From Octopus sinensis (taxonomy: Eukaryota): DNA of 10,116 bases. Positions 8,501 through 10,116 of the stretch are shown piece by piece. Numbering within the stretch: the stretch's first letter is position 1; every line of letters begins with the position of its first letter. The DNA is taken from positions 1-10,116 of the forward strand of contig NW_021827860.1 of NCBI RefSeq assembly GCF_006345805.1. The letters are read 5' to 3'. A program made the translations under genes and the position numbers. The notes under the pieces were generated by a model. It was not told where the DNA came from and searched no databases. It saw nothing but the letters and a program-made list of their open reading frames with translations.

Positions 8501-9147
8501 ACTTGTAATGTAAAACCGATATATTAAACGACTACGCTAGAAAAACGATACTTTTGACGAAAGCTGGGATTGGGTCCACATGTACTATTTATGTACTGAC
8601 GGATAATTTATGCAAGTCTGTGATCATGTGATCTGTCCGAATTTAACTTGGCCTCCTAAAATGGATGTTCGGGTGTATTTTTCACTTCACTGAACATGGT
8701 TTACATTTATTTCTCTACATACGAACGTACATACATACATATATACATAAATACAGCTGCGGTATCTGGATTACAAATTTACATTTATACCGATAATAAT
8801 TGGAGCATTTGGTTTTGAAAGTAAATGCCAAACCTTCAGTCTGGATACGTTTGGATTTTCAGAGAAAGAAATCAACGAACCGATTTGCACTTTGCAAATA
8901 CAGTCTGTAAGCGGAACAGTAAAACTCTGCAAGACTTTTCATAGGTTTAAAACGTGACATTGTTTTCGCTATCTACATTCCAAAGATGGAGCTTTGTATC
9001 TTTGTAAGAAACTAGCTCCTACTTCAGACGAAGAATCTAAATGATTAAAAACAGAAGAGACATACATACAAACATACATACATACATTTATTTATTTTTT
9101 CATTTTTACATACATACATACAAACAGACAGACAGACAGACATATAT

Positions 9148-9353
9148 AAAGTTAATCCAAACAAGAAAACACAAAAAAAACACAACAACGCGAGGACGTG
9201 GAACAAATATAGTATTATTGGACGCTCAGGAAAGGAGGAGGGTTTAACGTTTCGAGCGGAGCACTTCGTCAGAAACATAGGAGAAGGAAAGATCCAGAGA
9301 AGGGAAGACAGAGGAAAAGAAATCGCCAACGGTACACACGAGGTCACATTTTG
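9148..9353 (-). mobile_element. Probable Penelope-like element terminal repeat (pseudo-LTR) or non-autonomous derivative
   Basis: A ~200-bp complex island bounded on both sides by microsatellites that contains a minimal hammerhead motif. This association is established for Penelope-like elements. No RT or GIY-YIG ORF is seen. Confidence 0.6.
9242..9276 (-). ncRNA. Minimal type I hammerhead ribozyme motif
   Basis: The minus strand reads GUUU-CUGACGA-A-GUGC-UCC-GCUC-GAAA-CG-UU-AAAC. Helix I is GUUU/AAAC, the cores are CUGANGA and GAAA, helix II has one U-U mismatch, helix III is the palindrome ACGU, and the cleavage triplet is GUU. Confidence 0.7.
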
Positions 9354-9385
9354 TATATATACATATATACACACATATATATATA

Positions 9386-9456
<71 letters not shown>

Positions 9457-9534
9457 ATGATAATATATATACATATATATATATATATACTCACAACGTA
9501 TAAACATATATAGATATATATGAGCATATATATA
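9354..9534. repeat. Imperfect (TA)n tract
   Basis: Directly visible. Confidence 0.9.
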
Positions 9535-9537
9535 GAG

Positions 9538-9603
<66 letters not shown>
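9538..9603. repeat. (AGAT)n microsatellite, ~16 units
   Basis: Pure tetranucleotide run. Confidence 0.95.
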
Positions 9604-9814
9604 TCAGATACTACACTTAATATATGTATGTATATGTAAAAAACATATTCGATACGTATAAAAATACACAGACGCACATACTCACTCTCTCATGCACATA
9701 CACATTCACACACATATATATATAAACACCACAGCGTGACAATGTCTCATTGTGTATAGTAATATGTACTTTTGGCGTATTTCAAATATCATTATTATTG
9801 TTACTGTTCTTGCT

Positions 9815-9838
9815 GTTGTTGTTGTTGTTGTTGTTGTT
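9815..9838. repeat. (GTT)8 microsatellite
   Basis: Directly visible. Confidence 0.9.
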
Positions 9839-9979
9839 ATGGTTTTTGTATTACGTTTTTGTTTTCGACTTCTGTGAGATTTCCTTTCGCTTCCGTATTA
9901 TACAATAAAACATAAAACTGAGATAATACAAACAAACAAATGGGGAAAAAAACACCCCTGAAACGTATAAAAATACAAC

Positions 9980-9983
<4 letters not shown>

Positions 9984-10024
<41 letters not shown>

Positions 10025-10116
10025 TATATATACATATACATTATACATACATACCTATATAATATATTAATATATATATATATATATATATAGATATATA
10101 TATATATATAATACAT
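9984..10116. repeat. Imperfect (TA)n tract running to the window end
   Basis: Directly visible. Confidence 0.9.

Noticed and set aside
9045-9677. 210-aa minus-strand ORF, the longest in the track
   Set aside because: It is mostly translated (ATCT)n and (TA)n microsatellite (YLSI and YI repeats) with no domain features.

Overview
AT-rich, microsatellite-dense, non-coding eukaryotic DNA. The repeat families resemble those I recall from octopus genomes (inference from memory, not a database result). No host gene is supported; most ORF-track entries are microsatellite read-through. The centre (~3135-8330, minus strand) is a heavily decayed, near-full-length RTE-type LINE. Its endonuclease, reverse transcriptase and C-terminal C2H2-like motifs remain readable in order across stops and frameshifts. 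It is interrupted by about seven younger insertions: a 392-bp non-autonomous Helitron with intact ends and several tRNA-derived SINEs. Most notable: a minimal hammerhead ribozyme motif in a Penelope-like terminal repeat (9242-9276, minus); two independent SINE-into-SINE insertions at the same host position; a SINE flanked by a ~136-bp direct duplication; a 47/50-bp inverted-repeat hairpin inside a SINE; and a 360-bp tandem duplication that may be an assembly artefact. I see no convincing wholly new system. All alignments were done by eye.
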